Shown: positions 37,452-51,916 of the stretch, in pieces | How the letters are laid out: each line of letters opens with the position of its first letter | Numbering within the stretch: position 1 is the first letter of the stretch | NCBI GenBank assembly: GCA_964035545.1 | Contig: OZ037771.1 | Span: 11,722,480 to 11,786,479 of the forward strand | Length of the DNA: 64,000 bases | Source of the DNA: Bugula neritina | Lineage: Eukaryota > Animalia > Bryozoa | Reading direction: 5' to 3' | Notes under the pieces: model-generated | The model's database searches: none | What the model saw: the letters and a program-made list of their open reading frames with translations, nothing else | Told to the model about the DNA's origin: nothing | Position numbers and translations under genes: made by a program

Positions 37452-40242
37452 TTTTTTTTTATCTAGCTATATTTTTAGACCATGAACATACCTACAGATA
37501 TAAGTATAACTACATGTATACTAGAACGAACGGTAACTCTATAAGCTGATTACTTAATGCACATTGGGTTTCTTTTTAGTAGGTACTGATATTAATAACT
37601 AATAACTATAACAAGTTAATTAAATTTCAATTTTAATTAAGAATTTTGTCAGTGAGTAATACATTTTTATATACAGATATACATTCACCTTCAGTAATTC
37701 AACACTGCAACACCAACATTGATATCCTAATGTTATAAATATAATATGATAATAAATAGCATAACAGAATAATTATATCATCTGATATTATATAAATCAA
37801 AATAAGGATAACATGTAGAAATAATATGTAATAAACAAATATTAATTAAAATAAAAATCATTCAAATAGAATTATTGTCAGAATAGAAATGAAAATACTA
37901 TTTTAATAATTATAATACAATATTAGGAATAGGATGAAGGTTTTATCACAAGTTGAATTATCATATTTTATATTTATTGCCATCATGAATTTTAATGAAA
38001 ATTACCAATTTAAAGTTAACAAACTACTTAAACTTGCTACTAGTTTAAGTAATAGTTAATTACATTTACTTGATAGTTATACTTGTACTTATAGTTATAG
38101 CCTATATTTATATTAACTCAAAGTCAATGAGTTTCACCACCAGTTATACTTAATAGTTAATGTTATAGACTAATAGTAATAGTAAATGTAACAATGAGTA
38201 TTGCAGTCAGTATCGATAAAGGAGCCGAAGCGCTCCGAGTGAGATTAACATTAATTAGATGAGATGAGTCAGAGTATCACTATGATTTTGATGATACTGA
38301 TAGTCATTGATTGTTAAATTGGACTCGGTGAAACTGAATGTGACACCAACACTGACAGAGGTTTGGTGTGCAAGTCATTATGATTATCATTATGATTATT
38401 ATTACCAACTAATAGTAACTGTAAGTGTAACACCATAGGCCGATTAGGGCATAGCGGTAACCGCAGGTCTAATCATTACGACTAAATGATTAATATTACT
38501 TAACAATAATTTAATGATAGTAACTATTAGTATAAGTATTATAATTATTTTTAGACTTACTCTTACTCTTGGTATTGTACTGATAGTAATACTTATTACT
38601 TAGAGTTCGTAACACTGACTAGTGACTAACATTATCAATATCAATATGAATATATATTAGTATTTTACCGTACCAAAAGTAAAATCAATGATAATAATGA
38701 AAGAGTTTAAATGCGGTGTACGATAGCTTCTAGTTACTAGTACTGATAGTATCAGCATCTATTACAATTACCATCTTACAGTTACTAAGGGTAAGGGACT
38801 TGCACTTACAGTGCGAGTGTACACAGCATGAGCATGCATTTATCCTTTGAAAAATAAACGCGGTAATACTGGCTCGCTGTAACAGTCTATAAATGCAGCT
38901 CGTGCAATAAAAATTATAACATGCAAAAGGTTACAGTGATTGGTTGAATGAAGTACAAACATCAACATTAATTATTTTGTTCGCACATTTGAAATGTTAG
39001 ATTTGGTAGCTCTGAAAATATTGTTAAAAGTTTGGTTGGCTGACCATAGAGGCATGAAAAGACCTATAAGTTTGGCTTTCTGTTATTCTGTAAAATTAGG
39101 AGTAGGCTATTTGCTTTTCAGGAAAAAGGGTAATTGTAAAGTTATCACAAAGCATAATTATTTCAAGTTGCAAAAGTAGCATGACGGAATGAATATCCAA
39201 CAGTTTATTAAGCATTCAACGTTGCGTTTAGCGCAACGTTCTACTCAAATAGATGATCACATCAAGTGATTCTTGCCTATATACGCAACGCAGCGACTGC
39301 AATAGTTGTCAATTCATTAATTAGATAGCAGCACGCCCTCGCCCATTGGCTGTGGCTTTACGTCTTGGCAGCCCGGATGTTTCAGTGCAGACGCTGACCC
39401 TACAGTTAGTAGAATAGTAGCGCGCTAGCAATGCAAGTTCCATCGCATAAATAACAATACATTTTAAAGATATAATTAGCAAAATATAAACGAATTTGAA
39501 TTGGAATTAACTTCAAGAGGTACAGGTCAGTTTTGTTTTTCAGTATTTGTATGATTTGAAGCTTTCTCTAAGTATTGTTTATCTATTTCAACTTAATAAT
39601 AAATATTTGGTTTATTTAACATGTTTAGGAGTTTAACAAGTTTGAAATACCAGTGTGGTCGGTGCATGATTAAAATTCATGGCTATGTGTTTACTTTATA
39701 ATAGATTTCTCATAAAATTACAAATGTTTAAGACAGGCTCTCCAGTTATTGATCAGATTGTCACAGGATAGAACCCTAATTTGTAGCTTAAAGTTTTACT
39801 TTTACTCAGAGCAGTAATTCACTGCAACTACTAATTCAAGTCAGCTTTGAATACAAGTTCAATCTTTGTTTATGTAATACATGCACTAATACTTGTCTTA
39901 ACTGATAATTAATTAACTTTGTCTATGGCAGTTATCATTTGTTGTCATTTTTATTATAAACTTTAATATTTTTAGTAGACCTACAATGTCATTTCCTAGA
40001 GTCAAACTCACCCTAGCTAGCCACTAAAAGAAGGCAAAAGGTGATTAATCTAAAATCTGCATATATGTTTGAATACTTTAAAATGTCATAAATAATTTTT
40101 GTTTGTTTTGTTTTAAAAACCTATTATAATAATTGTATATATTAACCTACTTTTATAGTTTCTTACGGCAGTTGGAATACGTAAAAATGAAGTTACAAAA
40201 ACCAACACCAGTACAACTCATCTATAGTTAGTGGCGACGCTA

Positions 40243-40517
40243 CAGTAAGAAACTCAACCATCTGTGAGACAAAAGCTAAGAACTCAATAGAGGCCTGTCC
40301 TGAGAAATCTTAGTAAACCACCAAGAAGTTTCAGTGATCAACTCCTTGGAGAGGCAGCTGAGTACACCTGCTCCATATATAGTAAGAAACTCAACCATCT
40401 GGGAGACAAAAGCTAAAGAATTCACTAGAGGGCTGTCTTGAGAAATCTTAGCAAACCACCAGGAAGTTTCAGCAATCAACTCCTTAGAGAGGCAGCTGAG
40501 TACCCTGCTCCATATAT
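40243..40517. repeat. Two-copy tandem duplication, ~137 bp
   Basis: AGTAAGAAACTCAACCATCTG...CCTGCTCCATATAT at ~40243-40380 and 40381-40517. Confidence 0.85.
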
Positions 40518-41455
40518 CATACAGTATTAAGCTGATAAGGCTAGTTCACAGTTGGTTTAAGGTCATTACTTTCCAGATTCAGGCACTGCTTTATGTTATA
40601 TATAAACGGTTTCCAGGGGATAGCTCGAACAGTTTTTGTCTCACATTAACAAATTTTACATGAAAAGATAGCTCTTGCATTCCTCTTTCATATACTTTTT
40701 TAATTTTTCAATAAAAAGTTTTTTGAAAAAGTTGTTGCATAATAAGTAAAATTTTACACCCTCCATGTTCCACTGCTGTAGCACAGGGGATTCATTTTAT
40801 AAAGTATAAAAGTGAAACTTGACATTCCTTGATATGTTTTCTCTAATATACTTTCTTTGTTTTTTGAAATTCTGTTTATGCTCTTCACAATTTGGTAAAA
40901 ACATACACCATTTTGCAAGTTTCACTGCAATTTTCTAAATTCTTCATATGGTGGTTCTAGCTACGCTCCTGTGACTAATTATAACATTCCTAGTACGTTT
41001 GCCGCTCTGCGCTATCACAATAACATATAGTACCCTCTCGCACAAATTGGCAGTCTATTGGATTTCTGCCAATATAATGTTCCCTGTTTTACATTAGCAC
41101 TTAGCTGAATCATCTCACTATGTTACAATAATATATTGAAAATGCCTCAGCACAACATAATTCTTTGTTTGTTTGGCAGAGTTAATTTCAGCTAAATCAC
41201 TTCACTTTGCAGTCTTGTCAGTAAAGGTCTGTCTATAGAGCAGCAGGTGTACTTTCAGTTTCTCTAATTCACATATGATTATTTTAAGTACATTGTATTC
41301 TATAAGATCAATTTAAGGTTTAGTCCAGTGTTCAGTATCTAATTATTATGCATGTATGTTGTCTTACTGTTGAACAAAAGTTAAAAAAAAACTTTACAAT
41401 TATAGCCATATTTATTATACATGCGTAGGATTTGCATAAGTTGACAAAAAAAATT

Positions 41456-41530
41456 GCGACAAAACAGGGTTGAACCATAACCAACTAACTCCTCGCTGAC
41501 GCCTCTAACCTCTAGACCACGCAGTCACCG
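41456..41530 (-). mobile_element. tRNA-derived SINE head
   Basis: Minus strand has A box TGGTCTAGAGG and B box GGTTCAACCC. Confidence 0.45.
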
Positions 41531-43634
41531 TTAATAAAACGCGCACTATATGAGTAACTATCATTACATAAATATTTCGCGCCTCAAAAGGGTTATAATT
41601 ATTAGGCTGTCAATTCATGTTGATAGCAGTCAACTGTTGCAATAGTCTCGGGTTACTAGCAAAGCTAATGGTTTTGAACAAATAACCCAAAAGTTTAAAA
41701 ATAAGTAGCTTGCGTATTACTAGCTACAAAAACAGGTCTGAAATAGACTGGTAAAGCAAGCTCTTATTGTAGAGTTTGCAGATGTGCTCTAAAATAAAAC
41801 TTAAACTGTATGGTATTACATAAGTATTTGTATGCGAGAGATAAATGGACATTACTGAGTTTCTGGAAAACAACATACTTGAAGTTAACTTTGACAATGG
41901 TGTGTTATTTTCATCATACACTAGCACAGATAGGGCCTATAGCATAAATCTCTAATCATATGAATCTTTATGAAGCCCACAGCTCATGTAAGGGTGGCAA
42001 ATGTAATTTGAAACTAAAAATTATGTTGCTGCATTTTGTCTAAGGTATATTATAGAGCAGAATTTGGTTTTACTAGCCTGCCCCAACGGCATTCTACAAT
42101 GCAGCTTATATGCTGGCAGTTGTAATACGTACTGCCAATAGCAAGGTTACTATCACTGCTAGCTCTGTGCAGTATGTAACCTCTTGAATAATTGCGCCAA
42201 TTTTAAACTCTTGGAAGTTGGCCAAGTTATCATATCGCAGCCAGCCACCGGAGACAAAGCATCAGAGCTATTCATATAATATTATACTGATGCACTTGGT
42301 AGCAGAGTGGCTAATCTAATATAGTTCATAGTTCAACACCCTTTACTTTGGGAATACAGCCTCTTTTTTTAGGTTTACCTTACAAAGCATGAAAATATCT
42401 AAACTGATATTCTGATAATTTAGAGGTACATTTTGAAAACTAGGTTAATTGCACTTGTTTGCACAACAACAATAATAAATTAGATATTATGCAGGATAAT
42501 AAAAACACACATAATACTATATAATATATTATAATGATAATAATATAATATTATAAGTACCATTACTGCATTTTATAAATTACATGGTTGCCAAAAAAAT
42601 GTATCACAAATTTTGTAATTATACATCAAAAATAGAACTAGCTAGGCAGCAGGTTAGAATAGAGTAAATTTTTAAAACATGAAATCATGATTTGACTATT
42701 GTTTTATTTAGGCCAACCAACCTAGGAATACAAGATTGGGTTTTAGCTGACAGTTTATAACATTTAGCTTTTGAGCCAGCAGCACTGGCACTTGTGAAGT
42801 ATAGGCAAAGTTAGTGAAGCGAGACTAACAAGCACTCAAATACAAGGCATATTGAGACGCAATAACAAGTCAGGAGCGTATAAATTGAAAAGAATGTGGA
42901 AGGGGGACTATGTTTTTCAACAAGCTATAACTTAAACATGAATTGGCTTTTGAAAAAAATAAAAAAGTATATTGGAGAACATAAGTTTCTTTATCTTTTC
43001 ATATTTTTTTTGTTCCTGTGACATTCAACCTGTTCGAGCTATCAGTGGAACATTGTTCATATAGAACATAAAGCACCTGGCAAAGAGCCAGAAAATGAAA
43101 AGTATGACCTTAAACCAACTGTGTTTACTGTAAAGTCCAAGTGACAGTTTTTAAATAAGGAATCTGATTAAAAGGTCATTTTAATTGTTTTGCCCTAGCT
43201 CTTATGAAAGAGCAATCTACTATCCTAAGCTATTATTAAAATACTTGATAAGCTGATTTAAACTATTTAAGTTGAGTCACTCAGAATATTATTGTTTGTT
43301 TTTGATAAATTAGTGTGCTACTTTTCATACCTATTGTAAGTGGGAAACTGATCAATTAACAGGGAGCTTGCAATGTCACCATAACTAAACAAACTAATAG
43401 GTAAACAGCACTTGCAGTGCATTGTAGTTCTGCAATTCACATAGCCTTAGATTTGCCTTGTGCACAGATCACACTGTGTGCCTGTGATTTTCCCTTTGCA
43501 TTGTAGTCAGGTTTTTGTTGCAGCCTCACTAGATATTTATTCAGTGTTTTCTATTGTTTACAGTAAATTGGTATCCCTGTCATACCGAATGTATTTTTTT
43601 ATGTAATATAAATTGGACCGATTAACTAATAACC

Positions 43635-43843
43635 ATGTCAATGCACTCAGAAAATGGCACTGGGGCAGCCAGAAAAAGTATTAGGCATAAATGGCTGAGA
43701 CAAAAGGCCAATGAAGCTCGAGTACACGAGCAGGTGAAAATTCTAGACCAGGCTATTAGCGAACAGGTGTCTAAAAATAAACAGATTGAGACTAGAATAG
43801 CTAACCACTTTAGTTGTATCGATAATGATTTATTACAAGAAAT
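43635..43843 (+). CDS. Possible coding exon of an unknown protein (coiled-coil-like)
   Basis: ATG-initiated ORF with protein-like composition ending at a strong donor GAAAT|GTAAGA; partner exons not established. Confidence 0.3.
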
Positions 43844-44615
43844 GTAAGACAGTTTAACACTCATTGATAATATTTACTAATGTTTCAAAATATTAGGTTA
43901 AATTGTTAGTTAGCAGCAGCATTCAGCTATAGTTGGGCAGCATTTTCTAAAAGCTGTGGTAGATACAGGCTTTATAAGTAGTGTTTGTAGTTTAAGGGTT
44001 GTCCCATCAATTATAAGTATATAGTTTCTGGAACCTATAGCTGTCTAATTATTGTGTACTATAATAGTTCTTATGAGTAGCCATCTCATAAAGTTTTATA
44101 TGCAATAACTATCCACTAATCTTATTTTATTGTAATACAATATGTAGTACTGCTTTGCAGGAATATTGCTAGTCCAAATTATCCCCCCCCCCAATGTATG
44201 GGGTAAAGTTTCGAAATACTTGAGGTCTCTTAAAGGCTGTGATTTTAATACTATATAGTTAGTATATAGCAAGATATCAATCCATTATTAGATTGTTATG
44301 ACAACTTCTTAAGTCATTTCTCCAGACAGAATTATTCATAGATAGGCATAATATATTACATCAAATTGTTTTATATTTCATGCATGTACTCTATTTAAAG
44401 CTCTATTTTATTTTTATTACCATTATAATATGCTTTTATAATTAGTTTTTTATTACAGACCACCATATTGTTTACTTCCAATGAACAGTAAACATTCACC
44501 ATGATGATCATATTTTTTGAATTTTATTAGCAAAATACCCCATATATAGTTAGGGTAGTATACATAGTATTGTATAGTATATGTATATTATAATTATTAT
44601 ATCAACAGAAATAGA

Positions 44616-45828
44616 TTATAGACGCACATCCACACATTCACAAATCCACACACACACACATGACAAACTCATTAATCTCGCTCTGGCATGCAACAGCACA
44701 TCCTTCGCATAAATCTTGCAAATCTTCCCCTCTCTTTTCTTGCCATTCTTTCTCCTACAACAAATAGAACTGTCAGTGTTGCTCATATAGTCATAATTCA
44801 TGCAGCACAGACCAAGCATTGTACAACAAGATACTATGATTAATCTTCAGGTGCTAAATAAATACAATAGTCTGCATGTATGCATCTACTCGTATGTTAA
44901 ACACTAACTTACCATTATTATATACATTGGTATTGATTTCCTCTTCGGCTGCCACATCAGGTTCAATAGCTCTCTTTACCATGCTATCACTTTTTTCCTC
45001 TTTCTCATTTTTCCTGACTTCTGCCATAGATTTATCACCTTTCGCCTGTTCAATTTCATATACTTTCTCGACTGCTGATCCATTTTCTGAAAGGCCTCTC
45101 TCTTATTTGCATTTTCAACTGCTGCCATATAATGAGCTATGCCAATACTCTGCTCTGTCACCTTTTTCTCAATAATCTCTGTTTCCATTATTATTTTGCC
45201 ATTTTGTTTATTTTCGTCTTTCACCGTATCATGTTTCTCTTTATTTAAATATTTACTTTTATCCTTCACTTTTTTGACTACTCTGCTCTGTCACCTTTTT
45301 CTCCATAATATCATTACCAATCTCTATACTTCCATTATTATTTTGCCATTTTGATTATCTTCATCTTTCACCAAGTGTCCATCTCTTCCCTTATTTAAAT
45401 ATTTACTTTTACCCTTCACTTCTTTAATTTCATCATTATCTCCCTCCTCATATATCTTTTCACATCTTTCTTTCTCAACGGCCCACCATCTAGCTTTGCT
45501 TTATTTTCTCTCTCGCCCACTATCTTCTCAATTGCAACTTCAATATCTTTTGCTTTTTTAGCAGGCTTGCATGTCTTTACCTTTACTACTTTCTCTTACT
45601 TTCACTGTTCCTTCTTTATTAATTTTCTTCAAATGCATTGACTCAGTTACTTTGTCCTGCTTTTCATTTTTCTTTTCTCCCTCTTCCCTTGGCTCTGTCT
45701 CGATAAACCCTTTTTCACTCACTCGGCTACTGTTTTCTGTTTGAAACTCTTCTCTCTCTTTAAAGTTATCGTCATCCTTCTCTACCACCTCACTTCCTGT
45801 CACATCTGAAGATCCATGACTTGTCCAT
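44616..45828 (-). pseudogene. Decayed Glu/Lys-rich coding region with internal ~140 bp duplication
   Basis: Acceptor at ~45829 and donor G|GTAAG at ~44912. The E/K-rich reading hops between frames with stops. VKGKSKYLNK and VKDKSKYLNK..NGKIIME blocks are duplicated. Confidence 0.55.
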
Positions 45829-48442
45829 CTAAAAAGTAATAATTAGTCTTAGCTTATATCGGCATAGCTTATTTGTAATGTTACATGTTTGCTCAGTAAC
45901 CTTTTACAGTTGAAATATACAGCATTCAAATAGTAATGGACTATACTTTTAAAACTATCTAAACTACTACTTTAATAGATGAAAGTAGCATCTGTCACTG
46001 CATGTAGCCTATAGTATTTAAGGTCTATATTGACACATCATGAAGTTCATGCCTTATTCATTGGTGATGCCAGGAAGAGTATCTGAGCACAGTTACCCCT
46101 GAGCTACATTAGAATCTCTCCGACCATGTTGCAACCATATGGCCTGAGACTTAATCTGCTTAAAAACTCCTTACATGAAAGCTTTGCACGATAATAAAAA
46201 CTTTGAAACTTAATAGGACAACCTTCGTTAAAATATTATGTGCTCAATAAACTGTACCTAAAATAAAAAAAAATGCATGATCTAAACTTAGGAGCTTCAA
46301 TAGAAAAATAAAAACAATTCCTTTAGTGTTGCCTATATAAAGTAAAATTTCAACCTAAATCAGCACTTATCTATTGGAACTAAGTTGCTTCTTAAATAAA
46401 TATTATTACATGCATGGTCAATAAAACTGATTCAATTTAATTATCCTAAAAACAATCGAATAAACTTACGAGTACACAAAGCTATCTGCAGCCCCCATCT
46501 TCCTAATCAAGCAGAAGATGCAAAAAGGCAATAAAAATACGCATGTTGTTTGCAATAGAGGAATACTGAAATAATAAATATCACTTATAACCTCCATTTT
46601 GTTTAAGTTAAAAAATCTAATAGTTATGAAAATATTTTGATTGTTGGGAAGAATGTAAACAATCATGCAAGGAATTTTATTGCCTTATTGTTGCAATTAA
46701 CCTCTACACATATTTTTGCAAGTATTATTATTTACAATACAGCAGTTTTTTCAATTGTTGAGGAGATATTATTGTCCTGTCTTTACTTTTAATATGTTTA
46801 TTGAGAAGTTGTTTCCTCTAAAGGCTATGTTGTCCATGTACAGTGCTTAACTTTATGCTATAAAATTGCAAAGCAAAAATAGATGGGCAGTAATTTATTA
46901 GAAATGTGCTGAAATGGCTTCAAAAGTATAAGTACTAATTATTGAATGATATATCAGTGAGACTTTTCTTGTTTGTAACTGACGATTTGCAAAAATATGC
47001 ACCGAAGATTGCACTTAGCTTGCAAATGAAAAGACTTTATATGAGGATAATTATGATATATTTCATATTTCATATTTATATTTATTATTTATGTTTATTA
47101 TATTTAATTGTATTAAAACTGTTATGTAAACATGTGAGCTGTGCATATTTTATAAATATGAAAGTATCATATGTGATGTTTTATGATAATATATTATTAT
47201 GTAATACTATGATATGCATGATTGTGCGAGAGTCACAGCTGCTCTATAATATACAAAACTTTGAAAATTGACAAAACTGGAATTCTGCCATATTTACTTT
47301 TTCTATTATATAAAATTGGTAGTCTATAGCATTCACAAATGATAAGCGCAATGTAGCATTGTCATGTTATAAATCAAAGAGAATCACACACACGCGCACA
47401 CACACACACACACACACACCAGTTTATAGAAAACTTTGGAATTTAAGCATATTTTCGTATTCCATAGAAATTAGCAATATAAAAATTGCTCAAGTGTAAA
47501 AAATAATATGTAAGCAGCTTCAGGGGAGGTTAGTTGAAGACATTAACATCAGACAAGCATAATTACTCATGGCATTCAAATTAAATAATACTTCTGCAGG
47601 TAACCTGAAAGACAAAGCAGACAGCACCAGCTCTATAAATAGAGTAGGCAGAAGAAATTTTTTCTGCTTACTTTACATTTTATTATATCATTAACTTACC
47701 AGGCTTGAACATTATAAATTTAGGCTATAATTGAAGCTCAAGTGTAGGTTATATAAGAAAATTTGCCTATGTTTGCTGAAAGTGTGTAGACCAAAGCCTG
47801 CATGTGAGGTTTTGTAAGATTTGAACCATGATTTAACTGGGCAAAACTTGTTCAAAATAAAAACAGTTTTATTGAAAAATTTAAGTAGTTTCAAAGTGCT
47901 CAGAATCAAAGTGTGGCTATACAGGTTCCTGTGTTCCTTATATGCCCCGAGCCCTAAAGAAATATGGGTACCTCTCTACCCCCCATCCACCACCGAACCT
48001 GATGGATAAAACATTGCATGTAGATGATACAGAGCTTCAAACTGGTGAAATGTTCTATATTCAGGTATTGTACAGGGTCTTTTCTTTAGTATAAAGACGA
48101 CATTTGACATGGTTTGCAATCACCCTTTTGGCTGAAATAGCGAATACTCTAATAATTCCTAGCGGAAGAGAGAGCTGTATCTTTAGACATACTTGTGTTA
48201 GCAAAGAGTACCTGTTGATAATTGATAAAGTCAGCTGACTAAAAATATGCACAAGTCAAATAACAACATATAGTATTGCATAATTGTGAATATGAAAAAT
48301 ATAACTTTCTAAAAAGTGTCATGGTCGAAATCTTTATATCATTAGTGCTTTGCTTTTCAAAGCAAGGGCCACGGTAAAGGATTAATATTCTGGTGAAGAG
48401 GACCGCATTGCAAACTTTAGCTTGAGCTTGGGGCCATGATAT

Positions 48443-48854
48443 TGTGGTGAATTTTAGCTATGTTATTAGTTAACATGTGATTATATCGAAAAGGGTCAAC
48501 TCTATGTCATGTTGTTATGGATACCGACAGCATCTGGCCTGGCCGACAGCTCCTTATGGTCGACAGTGGTACCACTAATGCCAGCCAATCAGGAAAGTCT
48601 ACTAATTACCACTAGGCGGAGCTACACACGTGTACTGGAAGCACGCTAGGCAGTTAGCTGGCCAGAGCAGCTTGCGACTTGTTATGGAGTAGTAGTGTAT
48701 AGATTGCTCTGTGTTATGTAATCGTTTAATTTAGTGTAATAGTTTTACCTGTTGTATCATTCGCAGCTAATAAACTCTAATAATTGTAAAACCTGGTGAA
48801 GTAGCTTTACATAAGAAGACCCACACATTATCGTGAATTGAGAAATTCACTACA
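48443..48854 (+). mobile_element. Solo LTR (Gypsy family) with ATAT target-site duplication
   Basis: TGTGGTGAATTT...AAATTCACTACA inverted termini, ATAT on both flanks, clearly homologous to the LTR at 51917-52336. Confidence 0.88.
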
Positions 48855-49462
48855 ATATCAGCATTTTGTTCAATTTAAACTTTATTCCAAATTCTTATGA
48901 ATCATTTCACAATAAAGTCCCAATGGCTTCATGTTTTGTAGCTTGGCTACATAAATAACACATTTAAAAGGTGGCTTTTCATTCTAATTCATGTATACAT
49001 GTAAAACGCAATTTTTGTTTTATGCATAAAATCTAGGGCCACATAAATGTAGGCTGGAGAGTCACATCCGGCCCTGGGGCCGTCTGTTGGACAGCCCTGT
49101 TTTATATAGAAACACATACACCTACTTTAAGGTAGCTCTGTTATATATTGACCACACCCACTAAGGCAAATATCTGCTATATAAACCATTTTAATTGTTC
49201 AATAGCAAGCTGTTAACTCCAGAAGTACTTGAGTAACACATTCTTTTGAATGACAACTTGAAAATTTCTTAAAATCTAAATTTAAATAAAACTGATATAT
49301 AAATTTAATTGTGATTCAAAGTTTATTTAGCAAAAAGGAACAAATCAAAGAAATTTTGCATGCAATAATCAAAGGAAGGTTTCTCAAGTAAACATGATAA
49401 TTCAATAAAACTCAATAAAAAACTGACAATCAATTTTGTGGTGAATTAGTCTTTTTAGTTAC

Positions 49463-51750
49463 TTGACAGACGCGTCGACCTGAGTATCTAAGTGCTGATG
49501 TTATAGCTGCTGCCTTCTTCATACTGGTAGCATAGTCCTCCAGAAGGTGCTGGTCGTAGATCACTATGTCTATGATTCCCAGAGAGCTGTGGGGTTGGCC
49601 ACAAAGGTAATCTACTATACCTTTGGTGAGAACCGTAGACATCAATTTTGCTGACATTCCATAGTTACCTGCAACAGAGCATTAAATTTAAGACTAACCA
49701 GGGTAATGCGGTTTTAGCTTTCACTATTCTGATGTACGCTAGTGGAGCTCCAAAACTTGTTTGATAATATATGTCCATACATTCCATTTCAGCCAAAGTA
49801 GCAATTGTTTCCAATAGTGAAGTGAATAATTTTATGTTTGTCGTCAGTATAATTATGCCAAATTAATCACTCACACGTATAAATACAAGAAACGGCATCA
49901 TATATATACAGAACTAATTAAACCGATATATACATGGAAGATGTCTCTGAAACACAACTGATCAACACTGTAGAGCTGCTTTCTGATTGGTCTACCTGTT
50001 CCCAGAGCAGGGAATGCTGCAGATCTCACTCTCATCTTATTGCACTGCTGCAGACACGCCTCCACGTACTTCAACTGACTGACACCACTGTTTCCACTAG
50101 CACGGCAGAAACGGAACAGGTACCTGGCAGGTAAATTCGGAGCCGTGGCGATTGCTATAGAGCCACTAGACTGCACTGCAAACAAAAATTCACACAATAG
50201 AAAAGGCTACAGCTGCTTATTATTATATAGAGGAAAATTATATTTTTCTGAGGCTACTAGGATGCTGGTGTGACAACTCTACATGATAATAAATAATTAA
50301 GTTCTTGTTAATTAGATATATTATCCACTCAATGCTGTAGTAGCAGTTGCCATTATCACTTAAATAGGCATAGTATATATTTTAAAGTTAAAATGATACA
50401 ATGCATATGATTGGCTGAGTTCTAGCAATCAATCACAGATTCATAACTAATATTTTTCTATTTAGTTAATAACTCTTGTCTGTAATGGTAGCTGAAGTTA
50501 CTATTTACCTGATGACTGACTTTCACAATAATGACAAGCAAATGAAGTATAACTTTATTAAAAAAAAATTTTACACCTTACTAAGATTTACCCAAATTGT
50601 GCTATATAATTCTGACTGCTTTTCAACATCCCACTCTTAATATAACACTCCCAAGATTTAAACTACATTTTATCTAATAACAGGTTGCATATATTTAGTT
50701 TAAGATTTAGTTTTTAAAGATGACAAACTACAAGTCTTTGTGCATTGATCATAAACCCAGGATCAATTTCCTGGTATGTATAAAACAGATAATTAAAATT
50801 AACTATAAAAAATATGCTTTATATTACTATTAGAAGATGATGCAAAGGTTCAACAGGTACGTACACATACTTACAGTCAACAGTTTTAATTAACTTGGAT
50901 GATGTAGGTTGGGTATTGCACTCCTTGTATAGCATTTCACTCACTGAACCTTGATATATAGCAAATACACATGTGCATTATAATCACAACAGATATTCGC
51001 TGATGAAAACTTCATCTGGAAATTATTGGACAAAGGCTTTTACAAAATCTTGCTTTTCTACTGTTCCATGTACCCGATGACTGCTTTTCTTAAAGTAAGG
51101 TAGTCACTGGCTTAAAAATCTATGTCAAAACATATACAAAGTGCTTTGAAATTTCTGCTCTCATCTGTACTTTTAACACATACAGAATATATGCTTGTAA
51201 GGGTGATACAGCAGTTTGCCACTACAGCTGCTGCAGACTGTTTTATAGCTTTTTGCTTGGCTTAAACCTTTAAGTTTTGCTTTAAGGCAGTGATTTTAAC
51301 TTCAATTATTTTTTTACAGGGTTATCAGTTTTATTATTATTATTACAATTTTTAATTCAACTAAATTCTTATGGCTTTTGTTGCTGGAGTTGGTTTTACC
51401 ATTGCACTGAGTACATACTATATCAGATTATTATGATTATATATCGATAATAAAATGATATAATTATAAAATACTGAGCATATAGATGACAAAGCAGCAC
51501 ACCTTTGCTATGAATTAAAACTTCAACTGCATGCTTTCTCAAATCTCCTTTAATCAATCTGACTACACAGTTGATGATTTGAATACAGCATTGTAGACTG
51601 ACAGGTGGAACAAAGGGTATAGGGATCAGAGCATGCTGTACAGCGAAGGGCTGAACAGGTGCTTGTTGATTGGCCGATGCAGGTACTTCCTCCAGGCTAG
51701 GATTAGATAGAGCGGCTCTGTGATTGGTTCAGACATTAGATGACTTTCAA
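49463..51750 (-). CDS. Macro domain exons (PARP9/14/15-like ADP-ribose-binding macro domain)
   Basis: Exons ~51750(or 51716)-51503 (VRLIKGDLRKHAVEVLIHSK), 50949-50875, 50175-49996 (..RSAAFPALGT) and 49668-49463 (GNYG..IDIVIYD) have consistent phases. SxAFPALGTG is the macro-domain signature. Gene ends are not resolved. Confidence 0.75.
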
Positions 51751-51916
51751 CTACAAAAGAAGGCAAATAAACAAATTACACACGAACCAAATGAGCTACA
51801 GACACAGGAGATATCCCATTTTACCAACAAGCTTCTATATAATACTTTCTTGAAAATAACTTTAATGCTTTTCTGCCTGCAATAAATTCTTTGAGCAAAG
51901 CTCTGTGATGTAATAT